From NCBI GenBank assembly GCA_021432655.1, contig MU271357.1:1-64000 (forward strand): a stretch of 64,000 bases of DNA, in the 5' to 3' direction. This DNA comes from Atractiella rhizophila (Eukaryota). Under the pieces are notes generated by a model. The model worked only from the letters and a program-made list of their open reading frames with translations. It did no database searches and had not been told where the DNA came from. The position numbers and the translations under genes were made by a program. Positions 49,211-64,000 of this stretch are shown here, one piece after another; the first letter of the stretch is position 1, and every line of letters begins with the position of its first letter.

Positions 49211-50492
49211 TGTGCATGTCTCGGTGCGCTGGGCTGGTTGGAGACTGAAATGGACTGCTGAGTAACGATTGGATCGCGCGACACCGATGGTATGTGGTGA
49301 CAGGCTACACTGAGGCGGAAGATACTGCACAATAGATTGCCCTGGAGGCAAAACAACGCCTGCAGAGAGCAAAACCTCCTTGAAGATGCTGGAAGGACCT
49401 CAAACGAAGTAACGTCGATGATCGAGCTCGCTTGCCTTTGTTTGTCTTCCCCTCCAACGAAATGCGCTGCGTCACATGTTAGCACAGTGGTGAGTCATTA
49501 CTTCCTTTCAGAGAGTGAGAAACGACGGACGCGTCTTGCACGCCACCCTTTTGTTTGACCATTCGCAGATCGTAGAGTGAGATTGGGGCGCTACTGGGTG
49601 GAACGGAGAGTGAAGATAAGGCGGTGAAGAAACTTACAAGGCAGAGCTGTATCAAAGACCAAACAAAGAAGGTGCGTTGCTCTCGCTGTGTGATGGAGGC
49701 TAGAATGGAATGGGAACGGCATTTTAGTCCATACCGCTGAACAATCCATTGGTTATTCTCATCTGTCTCACTTTTAATAGTACCGTGGTGTTATGACCCG
49801 TGCTTGCTTTTGCGGTTTGTTGCAAATCTGCCTTGTTGGCTACAAGATGCAAGACTACACTAGATTCGAATGGAAAGAGGCTACATCAATATCAGCCGTC
49901 TGCTTACACGTGTTCTTTTGAATCAAATAGCAGGAGTGTCTGTTGGACGTTGTATGTATTTTTGAAAGCTCACAATCTGCCTTAATGAAGTCGCGAAGGG
50001 TCGACAATAGCTTTGCATCTGCCCTTGAACGTTATTTTCTGTCTGGAGACCAACAGCGAAGTTGTTTCCCACTGATGTACTTCCAAGGCTGAGTATCGCA
50101 ATTTAATCTGACCTTACGTTGATGGAAATGGAAAGAATCGTCATCCTAACTTCGGTTGATGCAAAAGAAATGTTTGTGGCATTAATTCTTGCGTTGTCTT
50201 TGACATTAGAGACCTCCATCTATGCCATGAGGAGAGTCATGACAGAGTGATATTGTACAAAGCTCAGGGAGGAGTAGCAAGAAGCACTCGCTAAACCCGT
50301 GCCCTGTAGAACCATGTTTGTTAGCCTCTGTTCTACAAACTCATGTATCACCCACTCTCACTACTCCAACTGAGAAACTCTGGCTAACTTTTGTTCAAGC
50401 TTTCCTATCCATCTTGAACATTCCCGTCGTCCAACCTCGAAAATATCGACTACTTCTCGTTATCCAGCCTCCAAGCTCCACACCACCTCAGA

Positions 50493-53290
50493 ATGTCTAA
50501 TCGAGGAGGCGTCGATCTAACACCCGACTACCTCCAACCAGGCTTTGACCCGTCCAAGCTCAAAGTAGCCGAACTTCGTGCTGCGCTTTCAAGGGAAGAT
50601 GTGGAGTTCAACCCATCAGCAAAGAAAGGGGAACTGTTGGAGGTTTTCAAGAAGGAAATAGAGGCGAAGGCTTCCGTCCGTCCTTCCCTTCATCCTTTCT
50701 GTGAATAAAAGAGTGGCCAGCTGATCTGTCGTGCCGGGATAGAAATTGAGAAAGCAGTATCAGAATGTCAAGCCTTCGAATAGGGGAGTGTACGAGATCT
50801 CAGCTAGTGAGACCGAGAGTGTGGACCTTGATGTGAATGGGGACGCAGATGGAGAGGTTTGTATCTTCCTCTTTCCCAGTCACTTTGTGGCTCACTCTTA
50901 GAACCGATAGCTCTCACCCGCAAAGCCGAAGAAGAAAGGGAGAAAGAAGAAGACTTTATATGCTCCTCCTCCTCCTCCTATCCCTATCCCCATTGAAGAC
51001 GAGCTCGGCGACGGAGACAGTACGCTCGAAGTCATAAATGCTACGAAGCCCAAGAAACGAAAGTCGAGGATCTCCGCCGCTGCTTTCGACCTCGATCTTG
51101 CGGACGATGGGGCCGCTGGAAATTCCTCGTTTTCGGATTACAACCCCTTCCAAGGCGGTGGGAGTGCACCGAGCACGCCTGGGGTTGACGAAGCGAGAAA
51201 ACGGCCGAGGAGCAGTTCCCCAACCAAGAGGGGGAGAGAATCGATCGCAACGGAGAGTCCGGTCACTGGTTCGTTGATTCCGGCAGCTTTTCATCCGAAG
51301 GCGAAGGAGACATGGGGAAGGGAGGTGGGAGGTGTCGGTTTGGGATTGGAGAATGAGAACGAGGTTTTTGAGAGCGTTAAGAAGAGAAGGGCGAGGATGA
51401 GCTCTCCATTCAAGAAACCGAGAAGCAGTGAGGTTGAGAGGGAACGACTGCAGAGACAAGTGGAGGACGATGTACGAGATATGGAGGGAGAGATTGAGGA
51501 TGCGGCCCAGATTCATTCACCGAAGTTGGATGGAGGCATAAAACGGAAAGAGAATTCTTTCGTCGGTACTTTGATCTCAGCCCTCTGGATCACGTCGAAG
51601 ACGATCGTCGTCCTTTTGATCCTCGTATGGGGCGGGATTTGGGGATTGGAGAAACAGGCCGTCGGGTTCTGCGATCAATCCTCTCATACCAACTCCCTCC
51701 TCATCCAGCGGATTCAATCTCCTCACCCCTTCATCTCCCCCAAACTCTCTTTCGTCCCTCCAATCACAGACGAATGGAAACCATTTCTCGATCCTTTAGT
51801 CCCTCAGCCAACGTGCACTTTCTGCCCTCCTCACGCCGACTGCTCTGATGGATTCATCAGAAGCTGCAACGCCTCCTCCCCCGACTATGTGCTGACCTCC
51901 CATCCTCTCCAATTCGGCGAAACCCTCCCTCCTCTCCCAGCGTTGGGCATCTTTCCTTCTTGCGAGCCCGACACGGAACGACTGCAGAAAATCGTAGACG
52001 CCACAAATCTTGTAAAGTCGCGCTTGAGGAAGAAAAGAGGAGAGGTCATGTGCAGCTCGTTAAGCTGGGGAACGAGGGAACCGAGTAATTTCGCGGTGAA
52101 GATGGACGAACTTATGGCCGAAGTGGACGAGGATGTGAAGAATGTAGTGAAGGGGGAATTGGAGTTGGATGGTGATATCATCGTTGTGGATCTTGATGGA
52201 TCGAAGGCCTTGGCTAGCGCGAAGGAGGAGCTCCCCTGGAGCTGTTGGATCAGGCAACGAACGTTATCCTGGACTTGGGAAAATAAGTTTTGGTTGATCG
52301 GTTCGTTTCCCTCTGCAGACTTGGGATGCTTGGCTGAATCTTCATGAAGGCATGATTTTTTTGCTCTATCAATTTAACAGCTTGCGGAACTGGATAAATC
52401 GACGGCAGTCTGATCCACCGCTCGTTCAGCGTTTATACAAGGAATCGCTTCAACATATCAAACCTCCCTCCTCTCCCAGCGTTGGGCATCTTTCCTTCTT
52501 GCGAGCCCGACACGGAACGACTGCAGAAAATCGTAGACACTACAAATCTTGTAAAGTCGCGCTTGAGGAAGAAAAGAGGAGAGGTCATGTGCAGCTCGTT
52601 GAGCTGGGGAACGAGGGAACCGAGTAATTTCGCGGTGAAGCTGGACGAACTTATGGCTGAAGTGGACGAGGACGTGAAGAATGTAGTGAAGGGGGAATTG
52701 GAGTTGGATGGCGATATCATCGTTGTGGACCTTGATGGATCGAAGGCGTTGGCCAGTGCGAAGGAGGAGCTCCCCTGGAGCTGTTGGATCAGGCAACGGA
52801 CCTTGGCTTGGACTTGGGAAAATAAGTTTTGGTTGATCGGTTCGTTTCTCTCTGCAGACTTGGGATACTTGGCTGAATGTTCATGAAGGCATGATTTTTT
52901 TGCTGTATCAATTTAACAGCTTGCGGAACTGGATAAATCGACGGCAGTCTGATCCACCGCTCGTTCAGCGTTTATACAAGGAATCGCTTCAACATATCAA
53001 AGAGAATGTCAGTCATTCCTCCTTTATTCTTGATTATTTCTAATCAAAAGAACCAGTCATTCAACAATAGGAAGGACCCATTGCACTACCCATACCCCTA
53101 CATCGTCCCCATCAACATGCGTGACTCGCTCCTTGACGACTATAGTATTCACGAGCGGCAAAGGATATGGAAACAAGTCGAGGCGAAAGTCAGCGGAAAT
53201 TCTAACGTACGATCAGTTCCTCGAGCACATAGAGGTGAAACGGTCAAGATATGGGAATGGGTTGGAGACGACAGCCCACAGTTGAAATAG
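50493..53290 (+). CDS. SRC1: Inner nuclear membrane protein Src1/Heh1 (HeH/LEM plus MSC domains); contains an internal tandem duplication
   Basis: DYLQPGFDPSKLKVAELRAAL..SAKKGELLEVF (HeH), FSDYNPFQ, TM, VGFCD, CTFCPPHADC, PSCEPDTER, second TM, RIWKQVEAKVSGNSNVR..GETVKIWEWVG. Confidence 0.88.
51924..53001 (+). repeat. 539-bp tandem duplication inside SRC1 (51924-52462 and 52463-53001)
   Basis: Direct repeat with scattered, mostly third-position substitutions. Confidence 0.95.
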
Positions 53291-53621
53291 GATGCTGTCT
53301 CTTTCGGTACTTTTTGGATTTGCTCAGTTTTTTCTTTCAGAATGAAAGTAATGTTTATATGCTTTCTGCAATGGCCAATCAGCTTACAACAATCGCTGTA
53401 CATGGCCGCCGCGCTCAGGACGGTTCGTCCTGTTCATTAAAAGAAGCGATCAGTGGGCAGCTATTGCTCTCTTTCCCCGAAGAGTTTCAATGCATCAGCT
53501 ACGTGTGAGCACCATTTAAAGTGCGGAAACAAGTGTTCTCATAGACAGTCCATCTAATAACTGGCGTCCTCAAGGTGATTCCTATTTCACTATACAGGAG
53601 TGGTGGTCTCAGACCTTAGTA

Positions 53622-55324
53622 TTATTTCCCTCGGTAATACATGCTAGGTATACCTCTCTTTCTGGTTGCTGCTACGCCATTCAGTTCAATAACCTAATCC
53701 AGGCGTGTCAATAAGGCTTCATCAAAGAACTTAAGGGCAAACGCACCTCTCCTGTTGCGTCTGAGGTGACGAAAAGTCTCCCTCTCTTGTCGAAGACCAG
53801 CCCTACAGGTCTAGCACACTTCGAGGGGCAGACAGATGTGTTTGGTGCCCAGATCACGTCGTTGTACCCATTTCCAGCGTCAGGAGCAGCTTCTGGTTCT
53901 CTTTCTCCCCAAGAGATGCTGTTCGCATGTCAATATCTCTCTTCAAGCTCAAGGGGAAAGTGTACCGGATAACCTTGTATCCAGTAGGCGGCTGACGATT
54001 CCAAGATCCATGGAAGGAAACAAAAGCATCGTCTCTCCAAAGGCAGGACAAACCAGGTGAATTGCACGTCAAGTCGCGTTGTCCAGCGAGGCGTTGACGA
54101 CCTAAGAATTTAATGTCCAGCGGAGCTGAGTGTGCTTGCATGCTCAGTCTGGGTGGGACATATTTGGAGGTGTCTTGACATTCTTCGTCGGACACGGCAG
54201 TGGTGTTGATTGAGAACACGCTTCCAATCGCGGGTGGTGAAGGTACAGGTCGGGTAGTGCTCGAAGTCACATTCCATACTGTGAGACACCAAGGATATCC
54301 ATGGTTGGGTACGGCTCCTTCGAAAGGAGGCAGAGCTATCAGATTAAGCTCTTCGGCCTGTTATATTCCTTGAGACATGTCAGTCAAACGGTGCATCTCG
54401 AATACTTACAGGATTATCGAAATGAATGTCTCCATAAGCGTCTGTCGCAACGTTGTCGGCAGAGTTCTCAACCTGACGCGCGAGCAACTCTGATCAACCT
54501 CATATCTCCTCAGAGACTACGCTTAGCATACCTCCCAAAGCTGGCCAGCGTCATCAAAACTGATGCCGACACCATTCCTATTTCCCCAGCTAACGAGCTC
54601 TAAGTCGGTAAATGCCTTTACGACGCCTCCTCCTAATTCTGAAACCAGAACTCGTCGAATTTGACTACTTCCAGTATTCGGGTCCAAAGCTTGAGGGTCG
54701 ACGTTTGCCCAGCTTCCACGTGAGATGTAAAGGTATTCCTCATTGTCGTCTAAAAGCAATGTGCGGGTAGAGTGATCACTGATTTTTATTAACGTGATAT
54801 TCTTCGAAGCAATCGAACGGACGTACTCATTGGTCATTCCGTTAATGAGCTTTTCAGCTTCGCCCACTGTGAAAGTAGAAGGATCATATGACCATCGATA
54901 AGCAGACTCTACACTAGATGCATACAACTTGACGTTGGATTTATCAAGCGTAGAGAAACCTGTGAGCTCGATGCCGTGATTCAAGTCTGGCTGATCAACG
55001 AGAAGAGTTCGCTCCCATCCGCCAGGGCATGTTGCAGTATTCTCACGAAGCAAAGATATTCCTGCCCAACATATTGATACTCTCAAACTTGGATAAGTGG
55101 AACAACGAACCAACTCCGCTCTCGACTACGAGAAGGACAGTGTTTGAGAAATCACTATTAAAGTGATCCAAAACGATGCCTCTCGGAGTGGTCAATCCGT
55201 TAGCAGCAATGGAGAGTGATACTTCGGGAGCAGTCGAAATCTCGTGAACAGGCGTGAGAGTGGTCTGACAGGTCTGAGCATCAGTCACAGCCAGGAGCTG
55301 AACAATAAGAAGGAACGGCAACAT
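53622..55324 (-). CDS. Secreted PQQ-dependent glucose/sorbosone (AA12 pyranose dehydrogenase-like) beta-propeller enzyme; 3' end approximate
   Basis: Signal peptide, GLTTPRGIVLD, HSTRTLL, ISRGSWANVD, GNRNGVGI, ENSAD, DNPAEELN, QAHSAPLDIKF, SFHGSWNR, RPVGLVFD..GRLFVTSD. Confidence 0.87.
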
Positions 55325-55849
55325 CCTTCCTGCAGTTGGTGGCAGGCAAGCGAGGAAAGGAGAACTGAGGGAGACATGCGGTTTTTATGAGACGTAAAAG
55401 GAGCAGGCTGAGAATCTTTGCGGGCTCATCAAATGGTGATATATCCCTAGTGTCGGACCTGTCTGCGAAGATGACGCGAGTACGCGTTGAGGCGCGTTGA
55501 GGAGATATTAATCCGCGTGGGTTGATGTCTCCTAGCCTGAGGCATCACCAGCCAATTGAAGTATGAGCAGCTGGATTGGATTGGCTTTGCGTGGAGGAAA
55601 TGGGAGGAGTGGTGGGAGCGGTCCGTAGACGCGCGCTTGCCTTTTCAACTGAGCAGCCCGATGCTGACACTCATCAAATCTGAGCCGCAGTCAGTAAAAT
55701 TCAGCCGGGAAACAGAGAACCAGAGAATAAACAGCAACAACGGGAAGTACGTGTACTGACTGAGCTCAGGGACTAGCGGTAGATACATAGTGTCTTATTT
55801 GGTGCGATTTAGTGGTCTATGTGTACACACGGTATTCGTAATTCAACAA

Positions 55850-57354
55850 TCACACGTCCTTCACTTCAATGGGGAGCTCTTCATCTGATGCATTCGGATA
55901 CGCCACCTCACTCAGAATCCTTTTCACATTTCCGTCCTTCAAGAATTGCAACTCCTGGTCTGTTTTGCTGAGGACCATGCCGAAGAATGGGAGTGAATTC
56001 ATGGAGAACTTCATTCCTTCCCACTCAAAAGATTCCTTTCTTCTCGGGATGAGCGACATGGTGGAATGAGTAAGGAGGAGGTTGTACGAAATCCGTGCTG
56101 GATTTCGAGATACTGTAGTTGTCGAGAAGGTAGTAGACGTAGTCGAGACGGAAGGAGGTAAGGAGCGCACATGTGTTATGGCAGAGTCGAGGAGCTGCAG
56201 GTAGGTCTGGAAGAGATATTGAGCGCGTTGTTTCGTGGATGCCTCCGGAGGGAACAAGGCGACGTGAAAGTTGGCGTACGGAAGACGGGAGATGGAGAAC
56301 ACTAAAAGCATCCCCTCCATCAGCTCGGAGCAGTAAAAGCGTTCAACCATACCTCCCGAAGGGTTCTTGATAGATTCTTGGACAACCATTGAATGTAGGG
56401 TGCTCTCATGCATTTCTGATCCTTCTTCGTCGAACGGAATAAATTGAAAACTATCACTTCTTGAGCGAACGCTCGTGAAATCAATGCCCAAGACTTACTG
56501 TTTATGAGGTTGCCTGTTTTCCATACGTCAACACCTGGTAAGTGGGAAGAAACTGGCGAGAGACGAACGAAGAACCCGACTCGTCACCACAGTTGAAGAA
56601 CGCCAGCCACCTATGACCCTCCCTTTCTTGCATCCGGCATAATACCTCATAGAGGGCTTCAAGCGTCAGGAGAGTTGGAGGCGCGTGTTGTGGCTCAAAG
56701 TCTGCAAAGTGTTTCAGTCAAGATTAAGCACCGAAGGAGAGATATGAACGACAAGCTTTTTGTAGCTAGTATGAAGTGGTTCGGCACAATCGAAAACTTG
56801 TTGAGCTATCAAGGAAAATATCCATCAGTTCCGTATATTTGGAACAGTGAAATTGGGGATTAGAAGGATGAGGCGACTGACGCAAATGATCCACTCTTCC
56901 CGTTCATCCTCGTCCTCTCCCGCGATGGTCTCTACCACCAATCCATCCTGATAAGGCGGAGCAAAAGGGTCAAATGGCTTTTTCTCTTTTTGTGCATCCG
57001 TATCGGGAGACTGGTCGTCTTTCTTCGGTTTCTTTGCTAGCGAAGGAGCATGCCTAATTTGAAACTGACGTCATATAGGTCAAAACTTCTATGATCAAGC
57101 CAGTCATAGGAAGCACGAACGAGTATACCGTCTTCTTTTGCATGGCGTATTGAAGAAGTGGTGAATATCACCCGCCCCTCCTTCAACGCTTCTTGGAATT
57201 TACTCTCAATGAGAGCTGGCGAGAGTGAGCGGAGGTCGATACCCATTGATCTCTTGATATGATAGTGAGGTTGCTGGGAAATAAATTTCTGGCGACTGTG
57301 TGAGAGGCGGTTGTACAGCTGGTTTGAGCAGGCTCTTGAGAAAAATGTTGACAT
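55850..57354 (-). CDS. APA2: Ap4A phosphorylase / ATP adenylyltransferase; multi-exon
   Basis: DPFAPPY, LNKFSIVPNHFILATK, FFNCGDESGSSQPHKHFQF (spliced HxHxQ), SYNLLLT..MSLIPRR, SMNSLPFFGMVL. Confidence 0.88.
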
Positions 57355-57555
57355 TCGTAGTTTTCAATGAAATGAATTTGAAATCAAACAAGGAGCAACA
57401 CGGTACAATACAACTTAACCTCTGAATGTTTCGCCTCCTCTCAATCGCCTGAGTCATTTTTCTCATCAGAGTAATAGCCTATTATATTAAAACAGTTAAG
57501 GGTATGCTGCCATCAACTACTACAACCGCAAATCCAAACTAACTCTTCCCTCGAC

Positions 57556-59926
<2,371 letters not shown>

Positions 59927-60012
59927 GGTTATTTAGTTGCTAGGGATTGCGGATTTGGATTTTTTTGGGAATGGAATTGATTGATGAGCGCTCACCGTGC
60001 TTTTAGTGGGCC

Positions 60013-60102
60013 TTTATACACCCACGGACGAAACCCCGAGAAAATTCAGGAAAGACATCGAAAGTCGAGGAAAAGGTGAGAGTTTTCGGGAATGTTCTGG
60101 AA
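60013..60102 (-). promoter_or_regulatory. HSP70 promoter: TATA box plus two heat-shock elements
   Basis: TATAAA on the minus strand (60013-60018), GAAaaTTCagGAA (60040-60052) and TTCggGAAtgTTCtgGAA (60085-60102), both perfect alternating nGAAn arrays. Confidence 0.88.
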
Positions 60103-60680
60103 CATTGGCTAATATGTTGCGAAGAAGTGCCATTCTCGCATGCTCGCGGATATTGTGCAAATCGCATAAGCATCTCGGCGACAATAAGGGATCACAGAGC
60201 GCAGAAAATTTTGATAAACTGGGAGATTTCGTAAAAGTCATGTGACCAATGTACATTGATCTGTGATGGAAACTTTGCGACTCAGCTTTGATTCCATAAA
60301 CTTCATGCATGTCAGCATAAACTGTTGATGATCATGTACAGGATGAAAAACATAGGACGTGTGAGAGTGAAGGAAATCGTGTATCGTGGTGGGTCGTCAA
60401 CAGAACGCAGTATGAACAGTATGCGCTGCATACGGACAGATGGAATCACTTCTTGCGTACTCGTCCTTTATCTCCTAGCGCAGATCGCGTCTGCAATTCC
60501 AAAGGAAGATTAGGTGTGAACACATATGACATGAAAGGTGAAAAAAACAGACCACCATCTCAAAGCTCCAATCTTCCTTCCCGCTAGCTTCTCCTAGCAG
60601 AGACCAATCCCCGGCTTGCTCTTTATCGTTCCTAAGCATATCGTCGATTTCCTGACTTCTCATTAGCTTTCACGCGGCTG

Positions 60681-62976
60681 TTAAGAGTGACATACCTCTG
60701 GCATCCTGAATGTCACTTTACGCCGTGAAGGTGCCGGGTCTCGCTCTACCGCCTTTCCCTTGTCTTTCCCGTTCGTCTTCATAGCCTCCCGCAACTGCTT
60801 CTCGAGCTCAAGGATCCTCCTTCTCTCCTTCTCCACCCGCTGAGGACACTTGAAATGCTCCTTTTCAAGCTCCGCCTGCGACATTTCAAATCTCGCAAGG
60901 CGTTCTTGTAGATGCGCTTTCTTCCGTGTCTCGTTCTCTAGCTGTGCAAGGAGCTGACGCTTCGTTTCGCCCTTTCCACAACAAGAGTAAGCCAGCTGAT
61001 GCAGCAGGAGGATTGAAGGACTGACAAGCTCTCGGATCACTTTGTCCTTCGCAAGCAATGCCTCCGAGTGAGAGTCAGCGGCTCCTTTCTTATATCCTAG
61101 CAGCTCGGCTTTCAGTCTTGCAAGGTGCATTTGGCTCTGCATTTCGATACGACATTGTCTTGCCGTGAGTTCCGTAAGTTCGGTAAGCTGTCCCAGGTGA
61201 TTTAGCCTCTCCTTGCTGCTTAACAAGCGACAAGAAGAACATACGCGCTGGTTCAATCTCTTCACTCTCTCGCTCGCCCGTCCATCTTCCTTCCTCCCCT
61301 CCGCAAAATTCGAGTCCAACGTCCAGCGTAGACCCTTCAATTCTTCCTCCATTCTGCCCTGATACCTCAGGCCATGCTCCAATTGAACCTTAAGCTGTTC
61401 TTCCCTCGCGATTGATGCTGAAAGGTCCGCACGGAGAATGTCCACACCCTCAAGTTCAGACATAGCTTGAGAGAGCTGTTCGTGTGCGGCGTTGAGCTGG
61501 GCCATCGCAGTGTCTAGGGTGATTGTGTCGGTGGAGAGGTCGCCGCGCTACAGCCATTGAGAAGAGAGTTGGTCTCAGATGGGAGACTGGGGAGAGAAGA
61601 AAAAGGCAAACCCTTGTTGTCCCTCGCTCCAGCTCAGTCTCCAATTCCCCAATGCGAGCTTTTAAGCTCTATGAGAGCATATTCATTAGCAATCCTGTTT
61701 CCACCTAGTAGCAAGTGGGGATGCGCACCTCGATTTCCCCTGTTGTTTCGTCGAGTTGACGCTTCGCACTCTGTGCCAAAGCTTTGAAGTGATCCCGTTC
61801 AGCGTTCAGCTCATCGATATCCTGTTCCTCCTACATTCGTCGTTAAGAACGCTTTGGAATTTGTTCTTATAAACCAAAAGGGACGAACGGGAATGCCATC
61901 AAGACTTAAGGCCGATTTGGATGTCTGCTCACACGGCAATGAGTCGTGAAGGTGTTGCTGATTTATAAGAGACGAACCTTCGCCGCTTGGGATAGATGCT
62001 CCACCTACACACGGAAGGATGAGAGTCTTCGCGAAGGATATGGATTGGGAACGAACCTGCGAGAGTAGATCGGACTTCTCCTTCTCTGTCTTCCTGAGCA
62101 GCACAACCGTCTCTTTAAACTTCTGCTCCCGTATCATTGTCGGTGAGCTTCACAGTCACTCGAATATAACCCAAATCTGAGGGAAAAGGGGTAGGACACC
62201 TACCTCCTCAACCACTTCGCTGCGCAACGACTCGCGTGCGACCTTCTCAATCAGCTCCTCGTTCTCCTTCCAAGCTTTCCTCAATCTGCCCTCAAGTTCT
62301 TTCACTCCCTAGTCCCATCATACTGAATCAGTTTCCCTGCGCTGTATGCCATGTAATAGTGATAGAGAAGCACCTGTTGCAGCTTCAAATTGTCCGCACC
62401 ACTCCCTTTCGCCGCTGGTAGAGCAGCTTCCAGAATAGCATTCCTTTCTTTGAGACGACCGACCTCAGACTGAAGCGCAGCGACCTCATTGTTCTGTACA
62501 ACCAGTCAGAATCATCATCGAGCTTGCACCCACCGGACGATAATTGCATGAGAAGGAGGAGCCTTGCGCACCTTGTCTGCAGCCTTAGCTCTCGTCACGA
62601 ACTTCCTCAATTCCTCAGCTCCATTGCTTGCGACAGGAGGAGTCTTTCTCTTCACTCCCTTTCCTTGACCGATAGTGACAGCTTTCAACTCGGTAACCTC
62701 ATCTCTCGCCTCTTCCCTCTCATCAACAAAAGTCTCATCGGACGCGAAAGAGTCCCTCTTCCAATTACGGTCCTCGTAAACCCTGAACGCAGCCGGCGCT
62801 CTCCTCTTCTCAGGCGACTGATTTACACCTTTCGGAGACAGAGCTCTCCCTGGCGAATGCGAACGGGGTTTGCTTGGCGATTGCTGGAAGTGAACGCGCC
62901 GCTTCTTGGAAGGAGGAGAGAGTGGTCGTGTTGGAGTCGTGGGGTTCGAGGGATTAGAATTGGATCGTGAGGACAT
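60681..62976 (-). CDS. Hypothetical coiled-coil protein with basic NLS-like N-terminus; multi-exon, ends approximate
   Basis: Series of minus-strand ORFs joined by GT-AG introns; PPSKKRRVHF and long heptad stretches. Confidence 0.6.
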
Positions 62977-63434
62977 CTTGGTCGTTCTGCGAGCGAGCTA
63001 GCCGCATTCGGGTGATAATGAGCATAACATTTGGCCAAGTTGGGGATGTTTGGTCGTGTTGACGCATCTCCTGAAACGCGCGCTTGTCACGTGAGTTTTA
63101 TTTGCGAGAAGTTTAGAGTTTGCAAAGAGTCTCTGCTCGTATCAAGCAAAAAGATTAGGAAGCGTCCGTCCAGGACGCCAAAAAGGAGTTGTTGGCTCTA
63201 AGTGGGAAAGGGAAGAATCACGTCGTTTAAGGCTTCATCTGCTCAAATTTCAATGAATGTAGACAATTTGCCAATTTGAGAGATGCCAACGACTGCCAGT
63301 ATATTACTACAATTACTTCATGCACAGAAAATGACAACTTTCCAACGGAAATCTCTTCAACCAAAGACCCAACGGAAAAGCAAACGACTGAAGAGCTCTA
63401 CGACATCACGGCCTAATGCCCAAAACGTACATGC

Positions 63435-64000
63435 TTAACCACGCTGTAATCTATATCAGCATTGCCTTCAAGGGAAAGAAGAAAAAGAGGAGGGCGTACC
63501 AGTTTACCGTTCGCCCTCTCCCTCTGCTGTGCAAGCCAACTCTTCGGCTGCTGCCTCTGCGACGTCCCATTCGCGATACTTTCGCGCATAGATTGGATGG
63601 CCATTCGGTGCCATGCACTAGTGACGAGGCGAACTTCTTGCCTGTAAGTCTTCTCAATTTGATCATTCGTTTCCTTCGTCATTTGCGATCAGTACCAGCA
63701 ATCGTGGAAGTGCAAGAAAGGAGACTCACTTGAAGACGCGTGATTTGGTCTTTAAGTTGTGCGATTTCGGACTGATACACCTCTTCTGCTTGGTCAAAGG
63801 TGCCCTGTTCATTGGTGATGAGCTGGGATAACGGTTTGTAAAGATGAGAATGACCTTTTCAGCCCCTTTCGCTTGCTTCTTCCACAGTTTCTCTTGCTGG
63901 CGAATAAACTGCGCCATTTGATCAGCACCGCTACTGGGACCAAGAGAGGCCGGAGCTCACATCTTTGGCCTGCGCGAGTGTCTTCTCTTGTTTCTTGATT
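63435..64000 (-). CDS. Hook-family dynein adaptor, C-terminal part (gene starts beyond the window)
   Basis: AQFIRQQEKL.., QEVRLVTSAWHRMA and QPKSWLAQQR match the Hook C-terminal motifs. Confidence 0.72.

Noticed and set aside
49337..50300. Possible small spliced gene between the F-box gene and SRC1
   Set aside because: Splice-like signals are present, but I could not assemble an open, recognisable reading frame.

Overview
Gene-dense eukaryotic DNA with many ~50-nt GT-AG introns and CTRAY-type branch sites. Gene content points to a basidiomycete fungus (inference). About 22 host genes are recognisable. These include TVP38, an NAD-dependent epimerase/dehydrogenase, TMA7, UBC11/UBE2C, an S9 peptidase, a metaxin-like protein, GCN20, dynactin p150, a Bem46-like hydrolase, an HSF-domain protein, an I9 inhibitor, GH88, SAM synthetase, an F-box protein, SRC1/HEH1, an AA12-like dehydrogenase, APA2, cytosolic HSP70, the Hook C-terminus and several unknowns. 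The main accessory feature is a full-length 9,364-bp CACTA/EnSpm(CMC)-like DNA transposon (24132-33495) with perfect 13-bp CACTG TIRs, a TA target-site duplication and three intron-containing genes. Other highlights: an unusually long, strongly base-paired intron in the SAM synthetase gene (candidate splicing-control RNA); two ~540-570-bp tandem duplications with mostly synonymous differences (probably mis-joined haplotypes); an in-frame TAG in UBC11; an apparent GA-AG intron; and recurrent +1 homopolymer frameshifts suggesting consensus errors. CDS coordinates are gene spans including introns, read by eye.
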